Assembly: GCA_963814035.1 (NCBI GenBank)
Contig: CAWFBH010000002.1
Location: forward strand, 189,165-253,164
Reading direction: 5' to 3'
DNA: 64,000 bases
From: an uncultured delta proteobacterium
Lineage (GTDB): Bacteria > Desulfobacterota > Binatia > Binatales > Binataceae
Shown piece by piece: positions 30,289-42,203 of the stretch; the first letter of the stretch is position 1; each line of letters begins with the position of its first letter. Under the pieces are notes generated by a model. It saw only the letters and a program-made list of their open reading frames with translations. It was not told the origin of the DNA and ran no database searches. The translations under genes were made by a program, and so were the position numbers.

Positions 30289-31865
30289 TCATCCCGCGCC
30301 TCCGAGGTACGCGCGCGAGCGCAGCGTCGGTCCGCCGTTGGACATCCGCTTCACCTGCATCGGCTGGCCCTTGCCGCAGTTGGGGATCGCGATGAGCGCG
30401 AGGTCATTGCCGACCGCGTCGACGCTCATGAAGAAGCGCTTCGAATCCGCGATCACGCTGCCGGAGCGATAGAGCTGGCCGACGCGTCCGTGATCGATTT
30501 CGTAGACGCGGCGCGCCGAGATGCGAAAGTTCTCGCGCGATTCCGCGATCGAGGGAATCTGATTGCCGCAAACGTAGTAGCCGTGCTCGACCTCGCCGAT
30601 GATTTTCTCCGGCGGGGTTTCGCCCGGCATGAAAAACGTGTTCGACATCCGAATCAGCGGCACCTGGTAAACTTCGGCGGAGCGCGCCGAGCCGTTGGGC
30701 TCGACACCCAGAGCGCCGCCGCAGTCGCGCGCGAATTGATGAAGCCGCGAAAGATGCCGCGATCGATGTGAGCGACGCGTTTTCCCGCCGTGCCCTCGTG
30801 ATCGTAGCGATAGTGGCCGTAGCCATAGAGCGTCGGATCCGAGACCGCCGACAAAAGCGGCGAGCCAACCGCCTTCCCGATTTCGGTGTCATCCAACCGT
30901 CCGCAGCAGCCAGCTCCGGCCCGCATATGCCGCTTCCATTTTGAGCGCGCGGTCGGCCTCGCACGGATGCCCGACGATTTCGTGCGCGACCAGCGCGTTG
31001 AAATGCGGATCGGTGACGACAGTAACCTCGCGATCCGGCGGCTTGAGAACCGGCGCAGCCGCGAGTTCTTGCGCTTCCTTCGCGAGGCCCATCGCAAACA
31101 CGGAAAGACTGGGATTCGCCAGCAATTCCTCGCGCCATCCTTCGGCGATCGATTCGAAGCCGCGCTGCTGGCCGATAGTGTCGTAACTTTCCTGATGTCC
31201 CTCGCCCGATTGCGCGACGACATAAACATCGCCCTGCGAAAACGCGAATGCCTGCGAGATCATCGACCCTTCCGAGCTGACGAACAGCTCATGGCGAAGC
31301 TCACTGGTCGCCGCTACGACATTGAATGCGATGTCGTGGCCGAGGCCCTTCACCTCGCGCGAGGACTCCAGCGTGATGCGCTTGAGTTCCTCGGGATCGA
31401 GCGTGCGCGGGTCCTGCTTAAACACCGCCGCGACTTCATCGCGAATTGCGGGACGCGGGCGCGAACGCCCCTCCAAGGAGAGAACCGGCGGCGCGCCGAA
31501 CCGTTTCAGAAACGCCGCCTTCTCGCGCGCGCTGATACGCGCCCGATTGTAGGCTTCCTCGAAGGCGCGTCTTATCTCCGCGATGATTTTCTTCTCGTTC
31601 AGCGCGAGCCGCCCGATCTCCGCGCCAGCCTGGCCGTGCCCCGTCGCCTTTCCTTCATTGACATGAACGCTGACGCAAAACCCCGCGCTCTCGGTCTCGC
31701 TGCTGTCGCGAGGCTCACCGTTCGTGGCCGCGCCGGAGCGATGAAACATCACCTCGAAGCGCAGGTCAGCATACGCGACGTCGCGATGAGTGCGCGCGAA
31801 GCGGGAGACAATTTCGTTCCCGCTCCGCTTCAGAATCTCGATGGCGTTGAACAGCTCGATGAGAG
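30289..31865 (-). CDS. tldD: TldD-family metalloprotease (frameshift ~30700-30890; start codon unclear)
   Basis: HEIVGHPCEADR metal site. The C-terminal GNQIPSIAES...CGKGQ is in frame 30289..30663. Confidence 0.7.
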
Positions 31866-31868
31866 TCT

Positions 31869-33065
31869 CTAAATGATGCCTTCGGCCTTGAGCGATGCGA
31901 GCTCCGCCTCTCCGAGTCCCAGGTACTCTTTGTAGACCTCGGCGTTGTGTTCGCCGTGCAGCGGCGCCGATTTCACTTCAACCGGAGAATGCTCGAGGCG
32001 CACCGGGCATCCCGGCATCGTGAACTCGCCACGCACCGGATGCTGAACGGTGACGATCATCCCGCGCTCTTTCATATGCGGATCGTTGAGCAACTCGACG
32101 CTGTCGAGGACCGGACCGCACGGCACGCCCGCCTCGCCGAGCGTTTTGAATACCTCATACTTGGTGCGCTGGCTGGTCCACGCTGTGATGGCCTCGGTGA
32201 GAGCTTCGATGTTCTGATTGCGTGCGCGCGCATCCTTGAACCGCTCATCGGTGGCGAGCTCCGGCTGACCCATCGCTTTGCAGAGGTCCTGCCACATCTC
32301 GGGATTGGTGCACAGGATGAAGCAATAGTCGTTGTCACCTCCGGGCGCGCATTTAAAAAGATCGCCGGGTCCGCCGCCGAGACGATTGCCGGTGCGAGGC
32401 GTGGGCTTCTTACTGATGTAGGTTCCCATCATCGGGACGCGGACGAAATTCAGGATCGCCTCCTGCATCGCAACTTCGACCTTCTGCCCGACACCGGTCC
32501 GCTCACGCTGAATGTAGGCCGCGAGAACGCCGATCGCCGCATGCATGCCGGTCCCGGTGTCACCGATGGTCGGGCCGGGCTTGAGCGGGGGCGAGCCGGG
32601 AAATCCGGTCAGCGACATCGCGCCGCCGGAGGCCTGCGCGATCATGTCGAAGCTCTTGTACTTGCTGTAGGGACCGAAAGTTCCGAACCCCTTCACCGTC
32701 AGGTAAATGAGGCGCGGATTAATTTCCTTCAATTTGTCATAACCGAGCCCGAGGCTTTCCATGGTGCCAAGCGAAAAATTCTCCGAAACGATATCGACCT
32801 TCTTCACCAGGTCGAAGAATATCTTTTTGCCTTTGTCGCTCTTGAGATTGAGCGTCACCGACTTTTTGTTCGCATTCAGCAGCATGAAGTAGTACGAGTC
32901 GGTGCCCGGTTTCTCGGTGAGAATCCAGCGGCCCTGCTCGCCCATCTTCGGCGCTTCGACCTTGATCACGTCGGCGCCCAACCATGCGAGCATCTCGGTG
33001 CACGAGGGTCCCGCTTCGAATTGGGTGAGGTCGAGAACCTTTACGCCAGCCAGCGCCTTTTCCAT
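31869..33065 (-). CDS. CoA-transferase family III (CaiB/BaiF; formyl-CoA-transferase-like)
   Basis: KVLDLTQFEAGPSCTEMLAWLGADVIKVE. 398-aa core. Confidence 0.75.
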   Translation of the reverse strand: MEKALAGVKVLDLTQFEAGPSCTEMLAWLGADVIKVEAPKMGEQGRWILTEKPGTDSYYFMLLNANKKSVTLNLKSDKGKKIFFDLVKKVDIVSENFSLGTMESLGLGYDKLKEINPRLIYLTVKGFGTFGPYSKYKSFDMIAQASGGAMSLTGFPGSPPLKPGPTIGDTGTGMHAAIGVLAAYIQRERTGVGQKVEVAMQEAILNFVRVPMMGTYISKKPTPRTGNRLGGGPGDLFKCAPGGDNDYCFILCTNPEMWQDLCKAMGQPELATDERFKDARARNQNIEALTEAITAWTSQRTKYEVFKTLGEAGVPCGPVLDSVELLNDPHMKERGMIVTVQHPVRGEFTMPGCPVRLEHSPVEVKSAPLHGEHNAEVYKEYLGLGEAELASLKAEGII

Positions 33066-33195
33066 CGCCGCCTCCTTACCGGATCGGTGAAACGATCCTG
33101 CCTGACTATGTAGCGCTCGACCGTTGCTGTGGGCAAGGCTCGAAGTGATGCGGTTAAGGTCTTGCTCCCGATTTGATACCTTGATGGTGAATTCA

Positions 33196-34320
33196 ATGCC
33201 TGAACATCTCGCAAAAATTGCCCGCATCCGCGATGAGCTTAATCGTGGCTTTCTGGAACGCTCGGATCTGATCGACGGTGCGCTGACCGCGCTGCTCTCG
33301 TCCAATCATGTGCTCGTGATCGGACCGCCTGGCACCGCGAAATCGATGCTGGCCGACGAGCTCTGCCGGCGCATCGAGGGCGCCAACTATTTTCAGTGGC
33401 TGCTGACCAAGTTCAGCACGCCCGAGGAAATCTTCGGCGCGGTCAGCCTCAAGGGCCTCGAGGAAGACGACTATCGGCGCGTCACGCTGCGCAAGCTGCC
33501 CGAAGCGCACATCGCGTTCCTGGATGAAATCTTCAAGGCGAACTCCTCGATCCTCAACGCGCTGCTGACGGTCATTAACGAGCGCGTTTTCCACAACGGC
33601 CGCGAGCGCGTGCAGGTTCCGCTCATCACCATGTTCGGCGCCTCCAACGAACTGCCCGACGAGGACGAACTGACGGCGCTCTACGACCGCTTCATGCTGC
33701 GCTTCATGGTGGATTACATCAGCGAGGAATTCCGCTTCCTCAAGATGCTGGAGGGCGCCAAGCCCGAGGCGCGCACCACTATGACATTCGCGGAGCTCGA
33801 TGCTGCCCGGGCGGACGCGGCCAGCGTGCCGATACCGTCGGGCATCATCAGATCGATAGCCGATCTACGCAGGGAGCTCGCGACCCAACAAATTGTAGTA
33901 TCGGACCGACGCTGGAAGAATTCTCTCGACATCCTGCGCGCGCACGCGATCGTGCTCGGACGAAATACCGTCACCGAGGACGACCTGATTTTTCTCGAAC
34001 ACGTGCTGTGGAAGGATCCTGAGGAGCAGCCCAAGGTGCGCGAGGCGATTCGCCGCCTCGTCAAAGGCTATGAAGAGGAAGCGCGCGAACTCCTTATCCA
34101 GAGCCAGGAGCTGAAGGAATACGCGCTGGACCGGCAGTGGGAGAGCGAGGAGCTGCGCAACCGCGCACTGATCGAGGCGCATACCAAGATCGCCAACATC
34201 CTGGTGAAGTTCGACAACCTCCTGCGCGAGGCGACTGACAGTGGCAAGTCGGTGACGAGCGCGACCGCGATGCGCGCGCAGGTGAAAGACCTCCAGCAGA
34301 ACATGCTGCGGCGGATGTAG
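33196..34320 (+). CDS. MoxR-family AAA+ ATPase
   Basis: Walker A VIGPPGTAKS. Walker B/sensor AFLDEIFKANSSILNALL. Confidence 0.75.
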   Translation: MPEHLAKIARIRDELNRGFLERSDLIDGALTALLSSNHVLVIGPPGTAKSMLADELCRRIEGANYFQWLLTKFSTPEEIFGAVSLKGLEEDDYRRVTLRKLPEAHIAFLDEIFKANSSILNALLTVINERVFHNGRERVQVPLITMFGASNELPDEDELTALYDRFMLRFMVDYISEEFRFLKMLEGAKPEARTTMTFAELDAARADAASVPIPSGIIRSIADLRRELATQQIVVSDRRWKNSLDILRAHAIVLGRNTVTEDDLIFLEHVLWKDPEEQPKVREAIRRLVKGYEEEARELLIQSQELKEYALDRQWESEELRNRALIEAHTKIANILVKFDNLLREATDSGKSVTSATAMRAQVKDLQQNMLRRM

Positions 34321-34321
34321 C

Positions 34322-35090
34322 ATGCCGATCGAGGAATCCAGCGCCGCGATCGTGTTGCGCGCGCGCGACTACTCGGAATCCGATCGCATCGTCACGCTGC
34401 TGACGCGCGACTTCGGCAAGCTCAGCGGCATGGCCAAGGGCGCGAAGGCCTCGCGCAAACGCTTCGAGCGCAAGCTGGAACCGTTCTCGCACGTGATGCT
34501 GTACTTTCGCCGCCGCCCCAACGGGCAGTTGGTATTCGTGACCCGCGCCGAGGCATCACCGGACCTGACGCCATTCGCGATCGAAGACGACCTCGCCAAG
34601 ATTGCGCTCGGAAGCTACATGCTCGAACTCGCCGACGCTTTCACTTCCGAAGAAGCCGAGGCACACGGTGCATATCGCGTGCTCACCGAGGCGCTCGAAG
34701 CCGTGAGCGCCGGTCGCGCGACCCTCGCGCTGCGGCAGGCATACGAACTGCGCATGCTGCATTGGGCGGGATACGGACTCGACTTCGCGCGCTGCCGCCA
34801 GTGCACCGACGGCATCTCGCAATCGGCATACTTCATCGTCTCACGCGGCGGCATGGTCTGCGCGCGATGCCGCCCGATGATTCCCGATGGTGCGCTGAAG
34901 GTGGACGCCGGCCAGCGCTTCGGCGTTGGTCAGCCTTGGCGAGGCGCACTTCGCCGACGCTCTCGAAGCGAGAGCCGCTGCCGCCGACGGTGCGCTGGCG
35001 ATCTCGCGCTTCGTGGCCTCGGTGCTGGATCGGCGCCTGCGATCGATCGCGTTCCTGGATTCGGTCCTCTCGGCGAACGGCTCGCACTAA
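34322..35090 (+). CDS. recO: DNA repair protein RecO (frameshift ~34925; true C-terminus ...LVSLGEAHFADALEARAAAADGALAISRFVASVLDRRLRSIAFLDSVLSANGSH)
   Basis: N-terminal OB fold. CRQC...CARC zinc motif. Confidence 0.8.
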
Positions 35091-35096
35091 ATCCGC

Positions 35097-35702
35097 TCAA
35101 CCGCCGGCGAACTTGGCGCGCTCCTGATCCCCGATGACCTGCGGCATCATGTAGCCCTTCGAATGATGCTCGACCAGGACGATTCCGCAGTTCGGCGGCA
35201 CGTGCGCGTCATCCCACACGCCGGTGACGTGTGCCCATAACGCCATCATCACGCCGCCGTGACTGACGACGACCACATCGCGCGTCGGATGCGCGGCGGC
35301 GAGGCGATCGAGGATCGGCCCGACGCGCGCTTTCACATGCTCATAGCTCTCACCGTCCGGCGGCTCCCAAAGCCATGGCCGTTGCGGATCGTATCCGGGA
35401 GCCGTGAGCACTGATTCGTAGGATTGTCCTTTCAGCGAACCGACGTCGCGCTCATGCAGGTAAGGCTCGATCTCGATCGGCAGCTTCAGAACCTCGGCGA
35501 TGATTCGCGCGGTCTCGCGCGCCCTGGTGTAGGGGCTGGTTACCACCACCTCGGTGCGGAACATCTTCGCTATCAGCTCGCCCGCCTGCCGCGCCTGCTC
35601 ATGGCCGAGTTCCGTGAGCGCAAGCTCATGCGGCGTGGTGGTAAAGATGCGTTCGCGATTGCCGACGCTCTCGCCATGTCGGACTAAAATCAATTTACCC
35701 AT
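35097..35702 (-). CDS. histidine phosphatase (phosphoglycerate-mutase family)
   Basis: LILVRHGESVGN RHG motif. Confidence 0.7.
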   Translation of the reverse strand: MGKLILVRHGESVGNRERIFTTTPHELALTELGHEQARQAGELIAKMFRTEVVVTSPYTRARETARIIAEVLKLPIEIEPYLHERDVGSLKGQSYESVLTAPGYDPQRPWLWEPPDGESYEHVKARVGPILDRLAAAHPTRDVVVVSHGGVMMALWAHVTGVWDDAHVPPNCGIVLVEHHSKGYMMPQVIGDQERAKFAGG

Positions 35703-35736
35703 GGGATATCTTCTGCTGGTCTCTCGGAGCGGAAAG

Positions 35737-36507
35737 TCATTTCGGTTCAAGATTCTTGCGCATCTGGATGAACGGCTCCAGCAAATCCATCGGGAGCGGG
35801 AACACCGTGGTGGAGTTGTGATCGGTGGCGATCTCCGCAAGCGTTTGCAGGTAGCGCAACTGCAAGGTGATCGGGCTTTTGCTCATGATCTCGGCCGCTT
35901 CCGCGAGTTTTTGGGCGGCCTGAAATTCTCCTTCCGCGGCGATCACCTTGGCGCGCCGCTCGCGTTCAGCTTCCGCTTGCGCCGCGATCGCGCGCTGCAT
36001 CTCCTGCGGCAGGTCGATGTTCTTGAGCTCGACCAGCGTGACCTTGATGCCCCAGGGCTCGGTCTGGCCGTCGATGATGGTTTGGATCTGCGCGTTGAGT
36101 TTGTCGCGCTGGCTCAGCAGATCATCGAGCTCGGTCTGGCCGCCGACCGAACGCAGCGTGGTCTGCGCAATCTGCATCGTCGCGAATAGATAATCGGCCA
36201 CCTCGGTCACTGCTTTCGAAGGATCGAGCACGCGGAAATACAGCACCGCGCTGACCTTCACCGTCACGTTGTCGCGCGTGATGACGTCCTGCGGTGGGAT
36301 GTCGAGGGTCACGGTGCGGAGGTCAATCCGCGCCATTTTTTCCAGGACCGGAATTATAAAGGTGACGCCAGGGCCTCGATACGGCGTAAGGCGGCCAAGC
36401 CGGAACACCACCGCCCGCTCATACTCATTGAGCACGCGAATGCCTCCCAGCAGGAAAATCACAAAGAAGAAAATAACTACAACCAGCGCCGCTCCTGCTC
36501 CCGCCAT
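35737..36507 (-). CDS. SPFH/band-7 (stomatin-like) membrane protein
   Basis: TM anchor + SPFH core + Ala/Glu-rich coiled coil. Confidence 0.75.
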   Translation of the reverse strand: MAGAGAALVVVIFFFVIFLLGGIRVLNEYERAVVFRLGRLTPYRGPGVTFIIPVLEKMARIDLRTVTLDIPPQDVITRDNVTVKVSAVLYFRVLDPSKAVTEVADYLFATMQIAQTTLRSVGGQTELDDLLSQRDKLNAQIQTIIDGQTEPWGIKVTLVELKNIDLPQEMQRAIAAQAEAERERRAKVIAAEGEFQAAQKLAEAAEIMSKSPITLQLRYLQTLAEIATDHNSTTVFPLPMDLLEPFIQMRKNLEPK

Positions 36508-36563
36508 GATGCTCCTCCCAACGTCTCGCAATGTCTCGTGATGCCGGATTGCCGCGGCAGCTG

Positions 36564-37880
36564 TTATACGACCCGTCGAACGCGCACTTCCAGGCCACTG
36601 ACCGAGGTAATGCGCGCATGCGCTCCGGGCGGCAGCACCTCGTCACTGCGCGCGCGCCAGATTTCGCCGTGCACGAAGACTTTGCCCGGCGAATCGGGCG
36701 CGACCACTTCGCGCACCTCGGCCAGTTCGCCAATCAGACCCTTCACTGCCGGTGGTCGCAACGCGTCCGTGTTCGCGCGCGACGAAGTATCCGATCAAAA
36801 GGATGATGGCGGAGAGCGATCCCGCAGCTCCATAGATGATGCTGTGCTGAATCTCGAGATTGGTTTTCGAAGTATCGATCAGCAGCAGGGATCCGAACAG
36901 CAGCGCGATGACGCCGCCGATGCCCATCACACCGTAACTGGCGACGAACGCTTCCGAAATCAGCATTCCGACCCCAAGCAGCATCAGCAGCAAGCCCGGA
37001 AAGACGTAACGGGCAAAACCTGAAATGATGCGAGCGCGAGCAGCAGGCAAATCGCGCCGGCGACCCCGGGCAGGTAAACGCCGGGGTGCGCGAATTCGAA
37101 ATACAGTCCGAGCAGGCCCGCCATCAGCAGCAGATAAACGATGTTGGGGTCCGCCAGCGTATCGAGGACATTCTGGCCGAAGGTCATCGAGCGTTGCCGC
37201 ACCACCGCATCTTTGAGTTCGAGCGTGACTTGATGATCACCGACTTCTAACCGTACGGCCGTCCGCTTGCTTGAGCAGGTCGGGGATGTTGACGGCGACG
37301 ATCTCGATCACTTTCGATTCGAGCGCCTCGCGATCGCCAATCATCACGCTATCGCGGACCGCCTTCTCCGCCCAATCCTCGTTGCGTCCGCGCTGACGCG
37401 CGGTGTTGCGCGCGAACATCGCGGCGAAGTTTTCAACCTTGGTGCCGAGTCTCGCCTTTCACATCGCCGCCAGTCTCAGTCACCGGATGCGCCGCGCCGA
37501 TATTGGTGCCCGGCGCCATCGCCGCGATATGGCCGCCTCGAGTGACGAAAGTTCCCGCCGAAGCCGCACTCGCGCCGGTCGGCGCAACATACACGATAAC
37601 CGGCACCGGCGCGGCGAAGAGATCCTTAATGATGCGCTCGGCCGAAGACATCAGGCCGCCGGGCGTATCGAGCTCGACGATCAGCGCGCGCGCGCCGCCC
37701 ATCTGTGCCGATCGCGATCGAGTCCTCGATGAAATGCGCGACGGCGGGATTGATCGAGCCGTCGATCTTGATCAGCTCGACCCACGGCCGGCCATCGATA
37801 GTTCAATCGGGATTTGAAACAGGGGCATCGGAAGCGGAAGCGACGCCAACGAGGACGAAGGCCAACACGGCGCATCGCAA
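36564..37880 (-). CDS. NfeD-family membrane-bound ClpP-class serine protease (at least 4 apparent frameshifts)
   Basis: fragments 37433..37702 (ClpP-like domain), 36984..37205 and 36643..37050 (TM segment) and 36564..36761 (C-terminal OB fold). Lies upstream of the SPFH gene as in nfeD-SPFH pairs. Confidence 0.65.
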
Positions 37881-38718
37881 TCAGCGCAATCTCGCAGTGA
37901 ATGCGTCGCGCACGCGATCAGGTTTCACGCGTCCTGGAATCGGGCGCCCGAGCGTTCTCATCACCTCTTGTATATCACTCCAGACCAGCCGTTTGTCGCT
38001 CGGATTGCGCAGCAGGTAGGCGGGATGGAAAGTCGGCATCATCTTGATGCCGCGCACTTCGTGCCAGTTGCCGCGCAGCTTGCTGATGGGCGTCTTCACC
38101 TTCAGCACCGACTGCACCGCGAAGGTGCCGAGGCCAACGATGACGCGCGGTTTCACGATTTCGATTTGGCGGAACAGAAACGGCTCGCATGCCTCGACCT
38201 CGTCGGGTTCGGGATTGCGATTGCCGGGCGGGCGGCATTTCACGACGTTGCAGATGTAAACTTCGGAACGCTGCATCCCCATCCCGCGCTCGATGATGTC
38301 GGTCAGCAGTTGCCCTGCCCTGCCGACGAAGGGCTCGCCCTTCGCATCCTCGTCGGCGCCGGGACCTTCGCCGACGAACATCAGCTCAGCCTTGGGGTCG
38401 CCGACGCCAAAAACCAGATTGGTCCGGCCGCCATGCAGCTTGCATCGCGTGCAGTTGCCGATGAACTCACGCAGCTCGGGAAGGTCGGCTGGTCTTCTCG
38501 AGGCCGGGATATTTCGAGAACAGCTCGACGCTCGGTGCGGCCGGAGCAGGAGGCGCAACCGGCCCGGACGATGGCTTTTCGATAGTCGCGGAGCGGCGCG
38601 CGTCATCGCGCGCGGAGGAGATCGGACGCTCCTTCATCGGCAAACCATCCATCCCCTCTTCGCGAATCTGGGCGATGTAGTCGCGCACCGAATCGAGCAA
38701 CAGCTTGTCAGTCGCCAT
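37881..38718 (-). CDS. family-4 uracil-DNA glycosylase (frameshift ~38470)
   Basis: [23 protein letters not shown] motif. Fe-S cysteines CTRC...C. Confidence 0.75.
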
Positions 38719-38781
38719 ATCGGTGGGATTATAGGCGAGCGACAGCGAATTGTCGTGACCGCGATGCCTTCGGGCGTCAGG

Positions 38782-40947
38782 TCACGCCAACCGCGCACGC
38801 GCTTCGTAGCTGTCCGCCGCCGCGCGGAACGCCGCTGCCGCGCGCTCGAAGGTGTCGAACACCACGAGGCCGCGCTCACGCGCGAGCTCCTTGGCGCGCG
38901 CGACGATCGCCTCGACATGCGCGGGATGCAAGATCACCGCGAAGGGCTTGGGCGTAGCCTTGGCAAACTCCGCGATGCGATCGAGCATCGTGGTCAGCTC
39001 GTCTTCATGAGTGGCCCACCTCGCGGCGCGAAAACCGGTTCCGATTTCCAGTACGATCGCATCGATGACCGGATCGCGATCGAGGATGCTGAGGATCTTG
39101 TCGAGGTTGCCCTGATGCACGCCGCCGCCAATCGTTCCGCCCGCATCGAGCGGGTTGCGATAGCTTCCACCGATAATATTGAAGAAGCTCTTCAGCTCAT
39201 CGTACGAGGAATCCGACAGCGTCGGGACTTCGAGTTGCGCGCTCGCGAAGGTATCGGTGATGCCGACGGATTGACCGCCAGTCATCGCGACCAGGCCCAT
39301 GCCACGGCCCTTGAGCGGTCGCCCACGCGCAATCAACTCGACCGCATCCAGCATCGCATCGAGGTTGTCGACCGACGCCGCGCCGCTCTGGCGCACTGCC
39401 GCGCTCCACACGGCGCCCGGGGTCGCGAGCGATCCGGTATGCGAGAAGGTCGCGCGCGCGCCGGCCTCGGTCACCCCGCCCTTCCAAATCACCACGGGAA
39501 TTTTCTTCGCGGCGCGCCGCACGCTTTCGAAGAAACGGCGGCCGTCGCGCATCCCTTCGATGTACATGCCGAGCACGCGCGTCTTCGGGTCAGCCGCCAT
39601 CAGATCGATGTAGTCCGCAGCTTCGAGAATCAGCACGTTGCCGATCGATGCGGCCTTGTTGATCCGGATGCCGTGGGGGACCGCCTGCACCGCGAAGTTG
39701 ATGGAATGCGTGCCGCTCTGCGAGATGAAGCAGACGTCGCCGGCCTCGCCGACATGCTCATCGGGAAAGTTGCACAGACCGAATGCGGGACTGTAGAGGC
39801 CCATGCAGTTGGGGCCGACCAGCGCGATGTCGGAGCCGAGCGCGGTGTCGCGCAACTGACGTTCGAGCTGAATTCCCAGCTCCTCAGTGGTCTCGGAAAA
39901 ACCCGAGGTGAAAAATCCGATCGAGCCAACCTTGTTGTCGACGCAATCCTTCAGGATGCGCGGCGCGACCTGGCGCGGCACCGCACTGACGGCATAGTCG
40001 ATGTGCTCGGTGATCTCCGCGAGGCTCTTGCGATTCTCGATGCCCATCGCCTCGATGGCGGGGATCTCGTTGGGATCGATTTGCACCGAGTAGAGCTTGC
40101 CGGTGAAGCGCTTGAGCGCGCGCAGCCACATGTAGCCGCCCATCTTCTTGTCGCCGATGACGACCGCGACCTTGGGCTCGAAGGCGCGCTTGAGATTTTC
40201 GAAGCGCTCGGCGCGACGCGGATCGGCATGCACCGGTGCGGGTTTGGGACCGATCAGCACGCGAGCATCCAAGGTTATGATCCCATGCGGATACGCGACG
40301 ATCGGATTGAGATCCATCTCTTTGATCTCGGGTGTCGCGGCGGCAAATTCCGAAAGTTTCGCGATCGCATTCGCGATGGCGTCGATATCGACCGCCGCGC
40401 CTCCGCGCACCCCCTGCAACATCGCGGCGCCGCGCAGGCTCAGCAGCATCGCGCGCGCTTCCTTCGCATCGACCGGCGCGAGGCGCAAAGCGGTGTCCTT
40501 CAATAGCTCGACGAAAATTCCGCCGAGGCCGACCACGATCAGCGGACCGAAGCGCTCATCGCGCACGATGCCCGCGATCAGTTCGAGGCCGGGCTTGGCC
40601 ATCGGCTGCACGGCGACGCCTTCGAACTTCGCGCCCGGCTGCTTCTTCGCGAGCGCATCGCGGATGCGCGCAAACGCCGCGCGCACTTCCTCGACCGACT
40701 TCAGATTGAGCTCGACGCCGCCGACTTCGCTCTTGTGAGTGACATCGGGCGACAATACTTTGAGCACCACCGGAAAGCCCATTTTCGAGGCGTGCAGCGC
40801 CGCGAGGTCAGCGCTGTCGGCGTGCTCGGGAATCGCGGAAGGGATCCCGATCGCGTCGAGGATCTTTTTGGATTCGATTTCGGAAAGCGCGGTGCGTCCA
40901 GCGGCGGTCGCATCGGCAATGATTTGATTTGCAGTGGTTGGGTTCAC
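38782..40947 (-). CDS. ADP-forming acyl-CoA synthetase (acetate--CoA ligase family; ATP-grasp + CoA-binding + ligase-CoA domains), GTG start
   Basis: only the part of the 938-aa ORF downstream of [10 protein letters not shown] is coding. The first ~215 aa of that ORF are antisense to the ghrB gene. Confidence 0.7.
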   Translation of the reverse strand: MNPTTANQIIADATAAGRTALSEIESKKILDAIGIPSAIPEHADSADLAALHASKMGFPVVLKVLSPDVTHKSEVGGVELNLKSVEEVRAAFARIRDALAKKQPGAKFEGVAVQPMAKPGLELIAGIVRDERFGPLIVVGLGGIFVELLKDTALRLAPVDAKEARAMLLSLRGAAMLQGVRGGAAVDIDAIANAIAKLSEFAAATPEIKEMDLNPIVAYPHGIITLDARVLIGPKPAPVHADPRRAERFENLKRAFEPKVAVVIGDKKMGGYMWLRALKRFTGKLYSVQIDPNEIPAIEAMGIENRKSLAEITEHIDYAVSAVPRQVAPRILKDCVDNKVGSIGFFTSGFSETTEELGIQLERQLRDTALGSDIALVGPNCMGLYSPAFGLCNFPDEHVGEAGDVCFISQSGTHSINFAVQAVPHGIRINKAASIGNVLILEAADYIDLMAADPKTRVLGMYIEGMRDGRRFFESVRRAAKKIPVVIWKGGVTEAGARATFSHTGSLATPGAVWSAAVRQSGAASVDNLDAMLDAVELIARGRPLKGRGMGLVAMTGGQSVGITDTFASAQLEVPTLSDSSYDELKSFFNIIGGSYRNPLDAGGTIGGGVHQGNLDKILSILDRDPVIDAIVLEIGTGFRAARWATHEDELTTMLDRIAEFAKATPKPFAVILHPAHVEAIVARAKELARERGLVVFDTFERAAAAFRAAADSYEARARLA

Positions 40948-40995
40948 ATTCGAGGCGTATAGCAAACGCGTGAGGACATTTGAACCGTGCCGCGG

Positions 40996-41995
40996 ATGAC
41001 CAAAATACGACCCCGGGTTTTCGTGACGCGCGCGATTGCTCCCGAAGCCATCGCGAAGCTGCGCCAGCATGCGATCGTCGAGGTCTGGCCGCGCGCTACG
41101 CCACCTCCATATGCGCAACTGCAACGGCGCGCGCGCCAAGCGGACGCGCTGCTCACGATGGTGACCGATCGCGTCGATGCGGCTTTGATCGCGGCGGCGC
41201 CGAGGCTCCGCGTCATCAGCAATCTGGCGGTGGGTCTCGACAACATCGATATCGCGGCCGCGACCGCGGCGGGAATCGCGGTGGGACATACGCCCGGCGT
41301 GCTGACCGATGCGACTGCGGATCTCGCATTCGCGCTGCTGATGGCGGCGGCGCGGCGCATCGCGGAGGGCGATCGCGAGGTGCGCGCGGGCAAGTGGCGG
41401 ACCTGGGGACCGGCGGTGCTCCTCGGTCGCGATGTCTTCGGCGCAACGCTCGGCATCATCGGTTGGGGCAAGATTGGTCGCGCGATGGCGCATCGAGGCA
41501 GAGGCTTCGACATGCGGGTGCTCTATACGAGCCGCGCGGCGAAGGAGAACGCAGTCAGCACCCGGCGCAACGCGAGTATCGATGACGCGGCTGCTCAAGG
41601 AATCGGATTTCGTCTCGCTTCACGTGCCGCTGACGCCCCATACCAGGCATCTGATCGGCGCGAAGGAACTTGCGCTGATGAAACCCGGCGCGATTCTCAT
41701 CAACACCGCGCGCGGAGCAGTCGTCGATCAGCACGCGCTGTATCGGTCGCTCAAAGACGGGCACCTCGGTGGCGCCGGACTCGACGTGACCGACCCGGAG
41801 CCGATCGCGCGCCAGGATCCTCTCCTGAAACTTCCCCACGTGGTCATCACCCCGCACATCGGAAGTGCGACCTACAGCACCCGAAACAAAATGGCGGATA
41901 TTGCTACAGAGAATATCATCGCGGTGCTGAAAGGACGGCGGCCGCGCTTCTGCGCCAACCCGCAAGTAGTGCTCAGGAGAGTTTCGGTCGGTTAG
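40996..41995 (+). CDS. D-isomer-specific 2-hydroxyacid dehydrogenase (glyoxylate/hydroxypyruvate reductase-like), frameshift ~41580
   Basis: NAD-binding [13 protein letters not shown]. The catalytic half is in frame 41432..41995. Confidence 0.75.
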
Positions 41996-42203
41996 CCCAG
42001 CGGATGGTGCTCAGGATGAACAGGATGTCGCCGACGCAGGTCACCGCACCGAGTGGAGAGAAATCGTGGAGGATCTCGCTCTCCTCTTGGGTGACGTGAT
42101 TCCTGGCGAGCAGTTCGGCATCAGCAAAGAACTCTGCCCAGACGTCGTGCTGCGTTCTGGGGCGGGCCTGGAAGAACGACCGTTTCATTCGCACGATGCC
42201 CAT

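Noticed and set aside
41973-42203. 76-aa minus-strand ORF (MGIVRMKRSFFQ…)
   Set aside because: Its C-terminal third is antisense to the 3' end of ghrB and it has no Shine-Dalgarno or homology. It is kept only as a remote possibility and was not listed as a feature.
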